Shown here: positions 49,801-64,000 of the stretch, piece after piece
How positions within the stretch are numbered: position 1 is the stretch's first letter
Layout of the letters: every line of letters begins with the position of its first letter
Source: Balanoglossus misakiensis
Taxonomy: Eukaryota; Animalia; Hemichordata
NCBI GenBank assembly: GCA_040954595.2
Contig: CM082581.2
Coordinates: 1,108,699 to 1,172,698 of the forward strand
DNA length: 64,000 bases
Reading direction: 5' to 3'
Program-made: the position numbers and the translations under genes
The notes under the pieces: model-generated
Told to the model about the DNA's origin: nothing
The model's input: only the letters and a program-made list of their open reading frames with translations
Databases searched by the model: none

Positions 49801-52800
49801 TTTCAAAAATCGACGAAAATTTGAGATTTTGCAAAGACGAAAATTTGTCATTTTTGATGATTTTTACCCATGATTTTTTTTCAAAAATGGACGAAATTTT
49901 GAGATTTTGCAAAGACGAAAATTTGTCATTTTTTGATGATTTTCACCCATGATTTTTTTTCAAAAATCGACGAAATTTTGAGATTTTGCAAAGTCGTAAA
50001 TGTGTCATTTTTTGATGATTTTCACCAGTTTTTTTTTTCAAAATTTGTCATTTTTTGATGATTTTCTCCCATGATTTTTTTCAAAAATTGACGAAATTTT
50101 GAGATTTTGCAAAGTCGAAAATTTGTCATTTTTGATGATTTTTACCCATGATTTTTTTTCAAAAATGGACGAAATTTTGAGATTTTGCAAAGACGAAAAT
50201 TTGTCATTTTTTGATGATTTTCACCAATGATTTTTTTTCAAAAAACGACGAAATTTTGAGATTTTGCAGAGGAAAATGTGTCATTTTTTGATGATTTTCA
50301 CCCGTTTTTTTTTTCAAAATTTGTCATTTTTTGATGATTTTCTCCCATGATTTTTTTCAAAAATTGACGAAATTTTGAGATTTTGCAAAGTCGAAAATTT
50401 GTCATTTTTTGATGATTTTCACCCATGATTTTTTTCAAAAATCGACGAAATTTTGAGATTTTGCAAAGTCGAAAATTTGTCATTTTTTGATGATTTTCAA
50501 CCATGATTTTTTTCAAAAATCGACGAAATTTTGAGATTTTGCAAAGAGGAAAATTTGTCATTTTTTCATGATTTTCCCCCATGATTTTTTTCAAAAATCG
50601 ACGAAAATTTGAGATTTTGCAAAGACGAAAATTTGTCATTTTTGATGATTTTTACCCATGATTTTTTTTCAAAAATGGACGAAATTTTGAGATTTTGCAA
50701 AGACGAAAATTTGTCATTTTTTGATGATTTTCACCAATGATTTTTTTTTCAAAATTTGTCATTTTTTGATGATTTTCTCCCATGATTTTTTTCAAAAATT
50801 GACGAAATTTTGAGATTTTGCAAAGTCGAAAATTTGTCATTTTTTGATGATTTTCACCCATGTTTTTTTTCAAAAATCGACGAAATTTTGAGATTTTGCA
50901 AAGTCGAAAATTTGTCATTTTTTGATGATTTTCCCCCATGTTTTTTTTTTTAAATGGACGAAATTTTGAGATTTTGCAAAGACGAAAATTTGTTATTTTT
51001 TGATGATTTTCACCCATGATTTTTTCAAAAATTGACGAAATTTTGAGATTTTGCAAAGTCGAAAATTTGTCATTTTTGATGATTTTCACACATGATTTTT
51101 TTCAAAAATCGACGAAATTGTGAGATTTTGCAGAGGAAAATGTGTCATTTTTTGATGATTTTTACCCATGATTTTTTTTCAAAAATGGACGAAATTTTGA
51201 GGTTTTGCAAAGTCGAAAATTTGTCATTTTTTGATGATTTTCACACATGATTTTTTTCAAAAATCGACGAAATTGTGAGATTTTGCAAAGACGAAAATTT
51301 GTCATTTTTTGATGATTTTTACCCATGATTTTTTTTCAAAAATGGACGAAATTTTGAGGTTTTGCAAAGTCGAAAATTTGTTATTTTTTGACGATTTTCA
51401 CCCATGTCTTTTTTTAAAAATCGACGAAATTTTGAGATTTTGCAAAGAGGAAAATTTGTCATTTTTTCATGATTTTCCCCCATGATTTTTTTCAAAAATT
51501 GACGAAATTTTGAGATTTTGCAAAGTCGAAAATTTGTCATTTTTTGATGATTTTCACCCATGATTTTTTTTCACAAATCGACGAAATTTTGAGATTTTGC
51601 AAAGAGGAAAATTTGTCATTTTTTCATGATTTTCCCCCATGATTTTTTTAAAAAATCGACGAAATTTTGTGATTTTACAAAGTCGAAAATTTTGTCATTT
51701 TTTGATGATTTTCAACCATGATTTTTTTTCAAAAATCGACGAAAACTTGAGATTTTGCAAAGACGAAAATTTGTCATTTTTGATGATTTTTACCCATGAT
51801 TTTTTTTCAAAAATGGACGAAATTTTGAGATTTTGCAAAGACGAAAATTTGTCATTTTTTGATGATTTTCACCCATGATTTTTTTTCAAAAATCGACGAA
51901 ATTTTGAGATTTTGCAAAGTCGTAAATGTGTCATTTTTTGATGATTTTCACCCATGATTTTTTTTCAAAAATCGACGAAATTTTGAGATTTTGCAGAGAG
52001 GAAAATTTGTCATTTTTTCATGATTTTCCCCCATGATTTTTTTCAAAAATCGACGAAATTTTGAGATTTTGCAAAGTCGAAAATTTGTCATTTTTTGATG
52101 ATTTTCACCCATGATTTTTTCAAATTGACGAAATGTTGAGATTTTGCAAAGTCGAAAATTTGTCATTTTTTGATAATTTTCACCCATGATTTTTTTCAAA
52201 AAAGGACGAAATTTTGAGATTTTGCAGAGAGGAAAATTTGTCATTTTTTCATGATTTTCCCCCATGATTTTTTTCAAAAATCGACGAAATTTTGAGATTT
52301 TGCAAAGTCGAAAATTTGTCATTTTTTGATGATTTTCACCCATGATTTTTTCAAAAATTGACGAAATGTTGAGATTTTGCAAAGTCGAAAATTTGTCATT
52401 TTTTGATAATTTTCACCCATGATTTTTTTCAAAAAAGGACGAAATTTTGAGATTTTGCAAAGAGGAAAATTTGTCATTTTTTCATGATTTTCCCCCATGA
52501 TTTTTTTCAAAAATCGACGAAATTTTGAGATTTTGCAAAGTCGAAAATTTTGTCATTTTTTGATGATTTTTCAACCATGATTTTTTTTCAAAAATCGACG
52601 AAAATTTGAGATTTTGCAAAGATGAAAATTTGTCATTTTTGATGATTTTTACCCATAATTTTTTTTCAGAAATGGACGAAATTTTGAGATTTTGCAAAGA
52701 CGAAAATTTGTCATTTTTTGATGATTTTCACCCGTTTTTTTTTCAAAATTTGTCATTTTTTGATGATTTTCACCCATGTTTTTTTTAAAAAAATCGACGA

Positions 52801-55800
52801 ACCTTTGATTTGTTTCAAAATCGACGAAATTTTGTGATTTTACAAAGTCGAAAATTTTGTCATTTTTTGATGATTTTCAACCATGATTTTTTTTCAAAAA
52901 TCGACGAAAATTTGAGATTTTGCAAAGACGAAAATTTGTCATTTTTGATGATTTTTACCCATGATTTTTTTTCAAAAATGGACGAAATTTTGAGATTTTG
53001 CAAAGACGAACATTTGTCATTTTTTGATGATTTTCACCCATGATTTTTTTTCACAAATCGACGAAATTTTGAGATTTTGCAAAGAGGAAAATTTGTCATT
53101 TTTTCATGATTTTCCCCCATGATTTTTTTAAAAAATCGACGAAATTTTGTGATTTTACAAAGTCGAAAATTTTGTCATTTTTTGATGATTTTCAACCATG
53201 ATTTTTTTTCAAAAATCGACGAAAACTTGAGATTTTGCAAAGACGAAAATTTGTCATTTTTGATGATTTTTACCCATGATTTTTTTTCAAAAATGGACGA
53301 AATTTTGAGATTTTGCAAAGAGGAAAATTTGTCATTTTTTGATGATTTTCACCCATGATTTTTTTTCAAAAATCGACGAAATTTTGAGATTTTGCAAAGT
53401 CGTAAATGTGTCATTTTTTGATGATTTTCACCAGTTTTTTTTTTCAAAATTTGTCATTTTTTCATGATTTTCCCCCGATTTTTTTCAAAAATCGACGAAA
53501 ATTTGAGATTTTGCAAAGACGAAAATTTGTCATTTTTTATGATTTTTACCCATGATTTTTTTTCAAAAATGGACGAAATTTTGAGATTTTGCAAAGACGA
53601 AAATTTGTCATTTTTTGATGATTTTCACCCATGATTTTTTTTCAAAAAACGACGAAATTTTGAGATTTTGCAAAGAGGAAAATTTGTCATTTTTTCATGA
53701 TTTTCACCCATGATTTTTTTCAAAAATCTACGAAATTTTGAGATTTTGCAAAGAGGAAAATTTGTCATTTTTTCATGATTTTCCCCCATGATTTTTTTCA
53801 AAAATCTACGAAAATTTGAGATTTTGCAAAGACGAAAATTTGTCATTTTTTGATGATTTTCACCAATGATTTTTGTTCAAAAAACGACGAAATTTTGAGA
53901 TTTTGCAGAGGAAAATGTGTCATTTTTTGATGATTTTCACCCGTTTTTTTTTTTCAAAATTTGTCATTTTTTGATGATTTTCTCCCATGATTTTTTTCAA
54001 AAATTGACGAAATTTTGAGATTTTGCAAAGTCGAAAATTTGTCATTTTTTGATGATTTTCACCCATGTTTTTTTTCAAAAATCGACGAAATTTTGAGATT
54101 TTGCAAAGTCGAAAATTTGTCATTTTTTGATGATTTTCCCCCATGTTTTTTTTTTTAAATGGACGAAAATTTGAGATTTTGCAAAGACGAAAATTTGTTA
54201 TTTTTTGATGATTTTCACCCATGATTTTTTCAAAAATTGACGAAATTTTGAGATTTTGCAAAGTCGAAAATTTGTCATTTTTGATGATTTTCACACATGA
54301 TTTTTTTCAAAAATCGACGAAATTGTGAGATTTTGCAAAGACGAAAATTTGTCATTTTTTGATGATTTTTACCCATGATTTTTTTTCAAAAATGGACGAA
54401 ATTTTGAGGTTTTGCAAAGTCGAAAATTTGTCATTTTTTGATGATTTTCACACATGATTTTTTTCAAAAATCGACGAAATTGTGAGATTTTGCAAAGACG
54501 AAAATTTGTCATTTTTTGATGATTTTTACCCATGATTTTTTTTCAAAAATGGACGAAATTTTGAGGTTTTGCAAAGTCGAAAATTTGTTATTTTTTGATG
54601 ATTTTCACCCATGTCTTTTTTTAAAAATCGACGAAATTTTGAGATTTTGCAAAGAGGAAAATTTGTCATTTTTTCATGATTTTCCCCCATGATTTTTTTC
54701 AAAAATCGACGAAATTTTGAGATTTTGCAAAGTCGACGAAAATGTGTCATTTTTTGATGATTTTCAACCGTTTTTTTTCAAAATTTGTCATTTTTTTGAT
54801 GATTTTCACCCATGTTTTTTTTTTTAAAAATCGACGAACCTATGATTTTTTTCAAAATCGACGAAATTTTGTGATTTTACAAAGTCGAAAATTTTGTCAT
54901 TTTTTGATGATTTTCAACCATGATTTTTTTTCAAAAATCGACGAAAATTTGAGATTTTGCAAAGACGAAAATTTGTCATTTTTGATGATTTTTACCCATG
55001 ATTTTTTTTCAAAAATGGACGAAATTTTGAGATTTTGCAAAGACGAAAATTTGTCATTTTTTGATGATTTTCACCCATGATTTTTTTTCAAAAATCGACG
55101 AAATTTTGAGATTTTGCAAAGAGGAAAATTTGTCATTTTTTCATGATTTTCCCCCATGATTTTTTTCAAAAATCGACGAAATTTTGTGATTTTACAAAGT
55201 CGAAAATTTTGTCATTTTTTGATGATTTTCTCCCATGATTTTTTTCAAAAATTGACGAAATTTTGAGATTTTGCAAAGTCGAAAATTTGTCATTTTTGAT
55301 GATTTTTACCCATGATTTTTTTTCAAAAATGGACGAAATTTTGAGATTTTGCAAAGACGAAAATTTGTCATTTTTTGATGATTTTCACCAATGATTTTTT
55401 TTCAAAAAACGACGAAATTTTGAGATTTTGCAGAGGAAAATGTGTCATTTTTTGATGATTTTCACCCGTTTTTTTTCAAAATTTGTTATTTTTTGATGAT
55501 TTTCACCCATGTTTTTTTTTAAAAAAATCGACGAACCTATGATTTTTTTCAAAATCGACGAAATTTTGTGATTTTACAAAGTCGAAAATTTTGTCATTTT
55601 TTGATGATTTTCAACCATGATTTTTTTTCAAAAATCGACGAAAATTTGAGATTTTGCAAAGACAAAAATTTGTCATTTTTGATGATTTTTACCCATGATT
55701 TTTTTTCAAAAATGGACGAAATTTTGAGATTTTGCAAAGAGGAAAATTTGTCATTTTTTCATGATTTTCCCCCATGATTTTTTTCAAAAATCGACGAAAT

Positions 55801-58800
55801 TTTGTGATTTTACAAAGTCGAAAATTTTGTCATTTTTTGATGATTTTCAACCATGATTTTTTTTCAAAAATCGACGAAAATTTGAGATTTTGCAAAGACG
55901 AAAATTTGTCATTTTTGATGATTTTCCCCCATGATTTTTTTAAAAAATCGACGAAATTTTGTGATTTTACAAAGTCGAAAATTTTGTCATTTTTTGATGA
56001 TTTTCAACCATGATTTTTTTTCAAAAATCGACGAAAACTTGAGATTTTGCAAAGACGAAAATTTGTCATTTTTGATGATTTTTACCCATGATTTTTTTTC
56101 AAAAATGGACGAAATTTTGAGATTTTGCAAAGACGAAAATTTGTCATTTTTTGATGATTTTCACCCATGATTTTTTTTCAAAAATCGACGAAATTTTGAG
56201 ATTTTGCAAAGTCGTAAATGTGTCATTTTTTGATGATTTTCACCAGTTTTTTTTTTCAAAATTTGTCATTTTTTCATGATTTTCCCCCGATTTTTTTCAA
56301 AAATCGACGAAAATTTGAGATTTTGCAAAGACGAAAATTTGTCATTTTTTATGATTTTTACCCATGATTTTTTTTCAAAAATGGACGAAATTTTGAGATT
56401 TTGCAAAGACGAAAATTTGTCATTTTTTGATGATTTTCACCCATGATTTTTTTTCAAAAAACGACGAAATTTTGAGATTTTGCAAAGAGGAAAATTTGTC
56501 ATTTTTTCATGATTTTCACCCATGATTTTTTTCAAAAATCTACGAAATTTTGAGATTTTGCAAAGAGGAAAATTTGTCATTTTTTCATGATTTTCCCCCA
56601 TGATTTTTTTCAAAAATCGACGAAAATTTGAGATTTTGCAAAGACGAAAATTTGTCATTTTTTGATGATTTTCACCAATGATTTTTGTTCAAAAAACGAC
56701 GAAATTTTGAGATTTTGCAGAGGAAAATGTGTCATTTTTTGATGATTTTCACCCGTTTTTTTTTTTCAAAATTTGTCATTTTTTGATGATTTTCTCCCAT
56801 GATTTTTTTCAAAAATTGACGAAATTTTGAGATTTTGCAAAGTCGAAAATTTGTCATTTTTTGATGATTTTCACCCATGTTTTTTTTCAAAAATCGACGA
56901 AATTTTGAGATTTTGCAAAGTCGAAAATTTGTCATTTTTTGATGATTTTCCCCCATGTTTTTTTTTTTAAATGGACGAAATTTTGAGATTTTGCAAAGAC
57001 GAAAATTTGTTATTTTTTGATGATTTTCACCCATGATTTTTTCAAAAATTGACGAAATTTTGAGATTTTGCAAAGTCGAAAATTTGTCATTTTTGATGAT
57101 TTTCACACATGATTTTTTTCAAAAATCGACGAAATTGTGAGATTTTGCAAAGACGAAAATTTGTCATTTTTTGATGATTTTTACCCATGATTTTTTTTCA
57201 AAAATGGACGAAATTTTGAGGTTTTGCAAAGTCGAAAATTTGTCATTTTTTGATGATTTTCACACATGATTTTTTTCAAAAATCGACGAAATTGTGAGAT
57301 TTTGCAAAGACGAAAATTTGTCATTTTTTGATGATTTTTACCCATGATTTTTTTTCAAAAATGGACGAAATTTTGAGGTTTTGCAAAGTCGAAAATTTGT
57401 TATTTTTTGATGATTTTCACCCATGTCTTTTTTTAAAAATCGACGAAATTTTGAGATTTTGCAAAGAGGAAAATTTGTCATTTTTTCATGATTTTCCCCC
57501 ATGATTTTTTTCAAAAATCGACGAAATTTTGAGATTTTGCAAAGTCGACGAAAATGTGTCATTTTTTGATGATTTTCAACCGTTTTTTTTCAAAATTTGT
57601 CATTTTTTTGATGATTTTCACCCATGTTTTTTTTTTTAAAAATCGACGAACCTATGATTTTTTTCAAAATCGACGAAATTTTGTGATTTTACAAAGTCGA
57701 AAATTTTGTCATTTTTTGATGATTTTCAACCATGATTTTTTTTCAAAAATCGACGAAAATTTGAGATTTTGCAAAGACGAAAATTTGTCATTTTTGATGA
57801 TTTTTACCCATGATTTTTTTTCAAAAATGGACGAAATTTTGAGATTTTGCAAAGACGAAAATTTGTCATTTTTTGATGATTTTCACCCATGATTTTTTTT
57901 CAAAAATCGACGAAATTTTGAGATTTTGCAAAGAGGAAAATTTGTCATTTTTTCATGATTTTCCCCCATGATTTTTTTCAAAAATCGACGAAATTTTGTG
58001 ATTTTACAAAGTCGAAAATTTTGTCATTTTTTGATGATTTTCTCCCATGATTTTTTTCAAAAATTGACGAAATTTTGAGATTTTGCAAAGTCGAAAATTT
58101 GTCATTTTTGATGATTTTTACCCATGATTTTTTTTCAAAAATGGACGAAATTTTGAGATTTTGCAAAGACGAAAATTTGTCATTTTTTGATGATTTTCAC
58201 CAATGATTTTTTTTCAAAAAACGACGAAATTTTGAGATTTTGCAGAGGAAAATGTGTCATTTTTTGATGATTTTCACCCGTTTTTTTTCAAAATTTGTTA
58301 TTTTTTGATGATTTTCACCCATGTTTTTTTTTTAAAAAATCGACGAACCTATGATTTTTTTCAAAATCGACGAAATTTTGTGATTTTACAAAGTCGAAAA
58401 TTTTGTCATTTTTTGATGATTTTCAACCATGATTTTTTTTCAAAAATCGACGAAAATTTGAGATTTTGCAAAGACAAAAATTTGTCATTTTTGATGATTT
58501 TTACCCATGATTTTTTTTCAAAAATGGACGAAATTTTGAGATTTTGCAAAGAGGAAAATTTGTCATTTTTTCATGATTTTCCCCCATGATTTTTTTCAAA
58601 AATCGACGAAATTTTGTGATTTTACAAAGTCGAAAATTTTGTCATTTTTTGATGATTTTCAACCATGATTTTTTTTCAAAAATCGACGAAAATTTGAGAT
58701 TTTGCAAAGACGAAAATTTGTCATTTTTGATGATTTTTACCCATGATTTTTTTTCAAAAATGGACGAAATTTTGAGATTTTGCAAAGACGAAAATTTGTC

Positions 58801-61800
58801 ATTTTTTGATGATTTTCACCCATGATTTTTTTTCAAAAATCGACGAAATTTTGAGATTTTGCAAAGTCGTAAATGTGTCATTTTTTGATGATTTTCACCA
58901 GTTTTTTTTTTCAAAATTTGTCATTTTTTGATGATTTTCTCCCATGATTTTTTTCAAAAATTGACGAAATTTTGAGATTTTGCAAAGTCGAAAATTTGTC
59001 ATTTTTGATGATTTTTACCCATGATTTTATTTCAAAAATGGACGAAATTTTGAGATTTTGCAAAGACGAAAATTTGTCATTTTTTGATGATTTTCACCAA
59101 TGATTTTTTTTCAAAAAACGACGAAATTTTGAGATTTTGCAGAGGAAAATGTGTCATTTTTTGATGATTTTCACCCGTTTTTTTTTTCAAAATTTGTCAT
59201 TTTTTGATGATTTTCTCCCATGATTTTTTTCAAAAATTGACGAAATTTTGAGATTTTGCAAAGTCGAAAATTTGTCATTTTTTGATGATTTTCACCCATG
59301 ATTTTTTTCAAAAATCGACGAAATTTTGAGATTTTGCAAAGTCGAAAATTTGTCATTTTTTGATGATTTTCAACCATGATTTTTTTCAAAAATCGACGAA
59401 ATTTTGAGATTTTGCAAAGAGGAAAATTTGTCATTTTTTCATGATTTTCCCCCATGATTTTTTTCAAAAATCGACGAAAATTTGAGATTTTGCAAAGACG
59501 AAAATTTGTCATTTTTGATGATTTTTACCCATGATTTTTTTTCAAAAATGGACGAAATTTTGAGATTTTGCAAAGACGAAAATTTGTCATTTTTGATGAT
59601 TTTCACCCATGATTTTTTCAAAAATTGACGAAATTTTGAGATTTTGCAAAGTCGAAAATTTGTCATTTTTGATGATTTTCACACATGATTTTTTTCAAAA
59701 ATCGACGAAATTGTGAGATTTTGCAAAGACGAAAATTTGTCATTTTTTGATGATTTTTACCCATGATTTTTTTTCAAAAATGGACGAAATTTTGAGGTTT
59801 TGCAAAGTCGAAAATTTGTCATTTTTTGATGATTTTCACACATGATTTTTTTCAAAAATCGACGAAATTGTGAGATTTTGCAAAGACGAAAATTTGTCAT
59901 TTTTTGATGATTTTTACCCATGATTTTTTTTCAAAAATGGACGAAATTTTGAGGTTTTGCAAAGTCGAAAATTTGTTATTTTTTGATGATTTTCACCCAT
60001 GTCTTTTTTTAAAAATCGACGAAATTTTGAGATTTTGCAAAGAGGAAAATTTGTCATTTTTTCATGATTTTCCCCCATGATTTTTTTCAAAAATTGACGA
60101 AATTTTGAGATTTTGCAAAGTCGAAAATTTGTCATTTTTTGATGATTTTCACCCATGATTTTTTTTCACAAATCGACGAAATTTTGAGATTTTGCAAAGA
60201 GGAAAATTTGTCATTTTTTCATGATTTTCCCCCATGATTTTTTTAAAAAATCGACGAAATTTTGTGATTTTACAAAGTCGAAAATTTTGTCATTTTTTGA
60301 TGATTTTCAACCATGATTTTTTTTCAAAAATCGACGAAAACTTGAGATTTTGCAAAGACGAAAATTTGTCATTTTTGATGATTTTTACCCATGATTTTTT
60401 TTCAAAAATGGACGAAATTTTGAGATTTTGCAAAGACGAAAATTTGTCATTTTTTGATGATTTTCACCCATGATTTTTTTTCAAAAATCGACGAAATTTT
60501 GAGATTTTGCAAAGTCGTAAATGTGTCATTTTTTGATGATTTTCACCCATGATTTTTTTTCAAAAATCGACGAAATTTTGAGATTTTGCAGAGAGGAAAA
60601 TTTGTCATTTTTTCATGATTTTCCCCCATGATTTTTTTCAAAAATCGACGAAATTTTGAGATTTTGCAAAGTCGAAAATTTGTCATTTTTTGATGATTTT
60701 CACCCATGATTTTTTCAAATTGACGAAATGTTGAGATTTTGCAAAGTCGAAAATTTGTCATTTTTTGATAATTTTCACCCATGATTTTTTTCAAAAAAGG
60801 ACGAAATTTTGAGATTTTGCAGAGAGGAAAATTTGTCATTTTTTCATGATTTTCCCCCATGATTTTTTTCAAAAATCGACGAAATTTTGAGATTTTGCAA
60901 AGTCGAAAATTTGTCATTTTTTGATGATTTTCACCCATGATTTTTTCAAAAATTGACGAAATGTTGAGATTTTGCAAAGTCGAAAATTTGTCATTTTTTG
61001 ATAATTTTCACCCATGATTTTTTTCAAAAAAGGACGAAATTTTGAGATTTTGCAAAGAGGAAAATTTGTCATTTTTTCATGATTTTCCCCCATGATTTTT
61101 TTCAAAAATCGACGAAATTTTGAGATTTTGCAAAGTCGAAAATTTTGTCATTTTTTGATGATTTTTCAACCATGATTTTTTTTCAAAAATCGACGAAAAT
61201 TTGAGATTTTGCAAAGATGAAAATTTGTCATTTTTGATGATTTTTACCCATAATTTTTTTTCAGAAATGGACGAAATTTTGAGATTTTGCAAAGACGAAA
61301 ATTTGTCATTTTTTGATGATTTTCACCCGTTTTTTTTCAAAATTTGTCATTTTTTGATGATTTTCACCCATGTTTTTTTTAAAAAAATCGACGAACCTTT
61401 GATTTGTTTCAAAATCGACGAAATTTTGTGATTTTACAAAGTCGAAAATTTTGTCATTTTTTGATGATTTTCAACCATGATTTTTTTTCAAAAATCGACG
61501 AAAATTTGAGATTTTGCAAAGACGAAAATTTGTCATTTTTGATGATTTTTACCCATGATTTTTTTTCAAAAATGGACGAAATTTTGAGATTTTGCAAAGA
61601 CGAACATTTGTCATTTTTTGATGATTTTCACCCATGATTTTTTTTCACAAATCGACGAAATTTTGAGATTTTGCAAAGAGGAAAATTTGTCATTTTTTCA
61701 TGATTTTCCCCCATGATTTTTTTAAAAAATCGACGAAATTTTGTGATTTTACAAAGTCGAAAATTTTGTCATTTTTTGATGATTTTCAACCATGATTTTT

Positions 61801-64000
61801 TTTCAAAAATCGACGAAAACTTGAGATTTTGCAAAGACGAAAATTTGTCATTTTTGATGATTTTTACCCATGATTTTTTTTCAAAAATGGACGAAATTTT
61901 GAGATTTTGCAAAGACGAAAATTTGTCATTTTTTGATGATTTTCACCCATGATTTTTTTTCAAAAATCGACGAAATTTTGAGATTTTGCAAAGTCGTAAA
62001 TGTGTCATTTTTTGATGATTTTCACCAGTTTTTTTTTTCAAAATTTGTCATTTTTTCATGATTTTCCCCCGATTTTTTTCAAAAATCGACGAAAATTTGA
62101 GATTTTGCAAAGACGAAAATTTGTCATTTTTGATGATTTTTACCCATGATTTTTTTTCAAAAATGGACGAAATTTTGAGATTTTGCAAAGACGAAAATTT
62201 GTCATTTTTTGATGATTTTCACCAATGATTTTTTTTCAAAAAACGACGAAATTTTGAGATTTTGCAGAGGAAAATGTGTCATTTTTTGATGATTTTCACC
62301 CGTTTTTTTTTCAAAATTTGTAATTTTTTGATGATTTTCACCCATGTTTTTTTTTTAAAAATCGACGAACCTATGATTTTTTTCAAAATCGACGAAATTT
62401 TGTGATTTTACAAAGTCGAAAATTTTGTCATTTTTTGATGATTTTCAACCATGATTTTTTTTCAAAAATCGACGAAAATTTGAGATTTTGCAAAGACGAA
62501 AATTTGTCATTTTTGATGATTTTTACCCATGATTTTTTTTCAAAAATGGACGAAATTTTGAGATTTTGCAAAGACGAAAATTTGTCATTTTTTGATGATT
62601 TTCACCATGATTTTTTTTCAAAAATCGACGAAATTTTGAGATTTTGCAAAGTCGAAAATTTGTCATTTTTTGATGATTTTCACCCATGATTTTTTTTCAA
62701 AAATCGACGAAATTTTGAGATTTTGCAGAGAGGAAAATTTGTAATTTTTTCATGATTTTCCCCCATGATTTTTTTCAAAAATCGACGAAATTTTGAGATT
62801 TTGCAAAGTCGAAAATTTGTCATTTTTTGATAATTTTCACCCATGATTTTTTTCAAAAATGGACGAAATTTTGAGATTTTGCAAAGAGGAAAATTTGTCA
62901 TTTTTTCATGATTTTCCCCCATGATTTTTTTCAAAAATCGACGAAATTTTGAGATTTTGCAAAGAGGAAAATTTGTCATTTTTTCATGATTTTCCCCCAT
63001 GATTTTTTTAAAAAATCGACGAAATTTTGTGATTTTACAAAGTCGAAAATTTTGTCATTTTTTGATGATTTTCAACCATGATTTTTTTTCAAAAATCGAC
63101 GAAAACTTGAGATTTTGCAAAGACGAAAATTTGTCATTTTTGATGATTTTTACCCATGATTTTTTTTCAAAAATGGACGAAATTTTGAGATTTTGCAAAG
63201 ACGAAAATTTGTCATTTTTTGATGATTTTCAACCATGATTTTTTTTCAAAAATCGACGAAATTTTGAGATTTTGCAAAGTCGTAAATGTGTCATTTTTTG
63301 ATGATTTTCACCAGTTTTTTTTTTCAAAATTTGTCATTTTTTCATGATTTTCCCCCATGATTTTTTTCAAAAATCGACGAAAATTTGAGATTTTGCAAAG
63401 ACGAAAATTTGTCATTTTTGATGATTTTTACCCATGATTTTTTTTCAAAAATGGACGAAATTTTGAGATTTTGCAAAGACGAAAATTTGTCATTTTTTGA
63501 TGATTTTCACCAATGATTTTTTTTCAAAAAACGACGAAATTTTGAGATTTTGCAGAGGAAAATGTGTCATTTTTTGATGATTTTCACCCGTTTTTTTTTC
63601 AAAATTTGTAATTTTTTGATGATTTTCACCCATGTTTTTTTTTTAAAAATCGACGAACCTATGATTTTTTTCAAAATCGACGAAATTTTGTGATTTTACA
63701 AAGTCGAAAATTTTGTCATTTTTTGATGATTTTCAACCATGATTTTTTTTCAAAAATCGACGAAAATTTGAGATTTTGCAAAGACGAAAATTTGTCATTT
63801 TTGATGATTTTTACCCATGATTTTTTTTCAAAAATGGACGAAATTTTGAGATTTTGCAAAGACGAAAATTTGTCATTTTTTGATGATTTTCACCATGATT
63901 TTTTTTCAAAAATCGACGAAATTTTGAGATTTTGCAAAGTCGAAAATTTGTCATTTTTTGATGATTTTCACCCATGATTTTTTTTCAAAAATCGACGAAA
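40807..64000. repeat. 78-bp AT-rich tandem satellite, more than 23 kb, continues past window end
   Basis: Monomer CCATGATTTTTTTCAAAAATCGACGAAATTTTGAGATTTTGCAAAGTCGAAAATTTGTCATTTTTTGATGATTTTCAC. Length variants of 76-79 bp and recurrent ~42-bp deletion monomers are present. Confidence 0.99.

Noticed and set aside
40655-63977. Dozens of K/F-rich ORFs with 26-aa periodicity
   Set aside because: They are translations of the 78-bp satellite, constantly frameshifted by homopolymer length changes.

Overview
Eukaryotic, intron-rich, repeat-dense animal DNA. It resembles a marine invertebrate, but the taxon cannot be fixed from sequence alone. There are four zones. (1) 1-7430 is a 90-bp tandem satellite with clustered 74-bp variants. 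(2) About 8290-28545 on the minus strand holds 16 reconstructable exons of an uninflatable (uif)-like C-type lectin/CUB x3/sushi x4/EGF x2 gene. It carries several independent inactivating lesions, and its introns are full of MITEs, a Helentron-type non-autonomous element, and two elements ending in long strand-specific hairpins. (3) About 30560-40285 is a dead, 5'-truncated non-LTR retrotransposon containing a 795-bp TTAA-flanked MITE, tandemly triplicated as a 3.1-kb unit. (4) 40807-64000 is a 78-bp AT-rich satellite with kb-scale higher-order repeats, emerging directly from diverged ~250-bp repeats. Almost all long ORFs in the track are satellite artefacts. There are no CRISPR arrays, RNA genes or prokaryotic systems. 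The most unusual signal is that two otherwise dissimilar elements share one hairpin design (C-GCA-G triloop plus three tandem G.A mismatches), expected to fold stably on one strand only.
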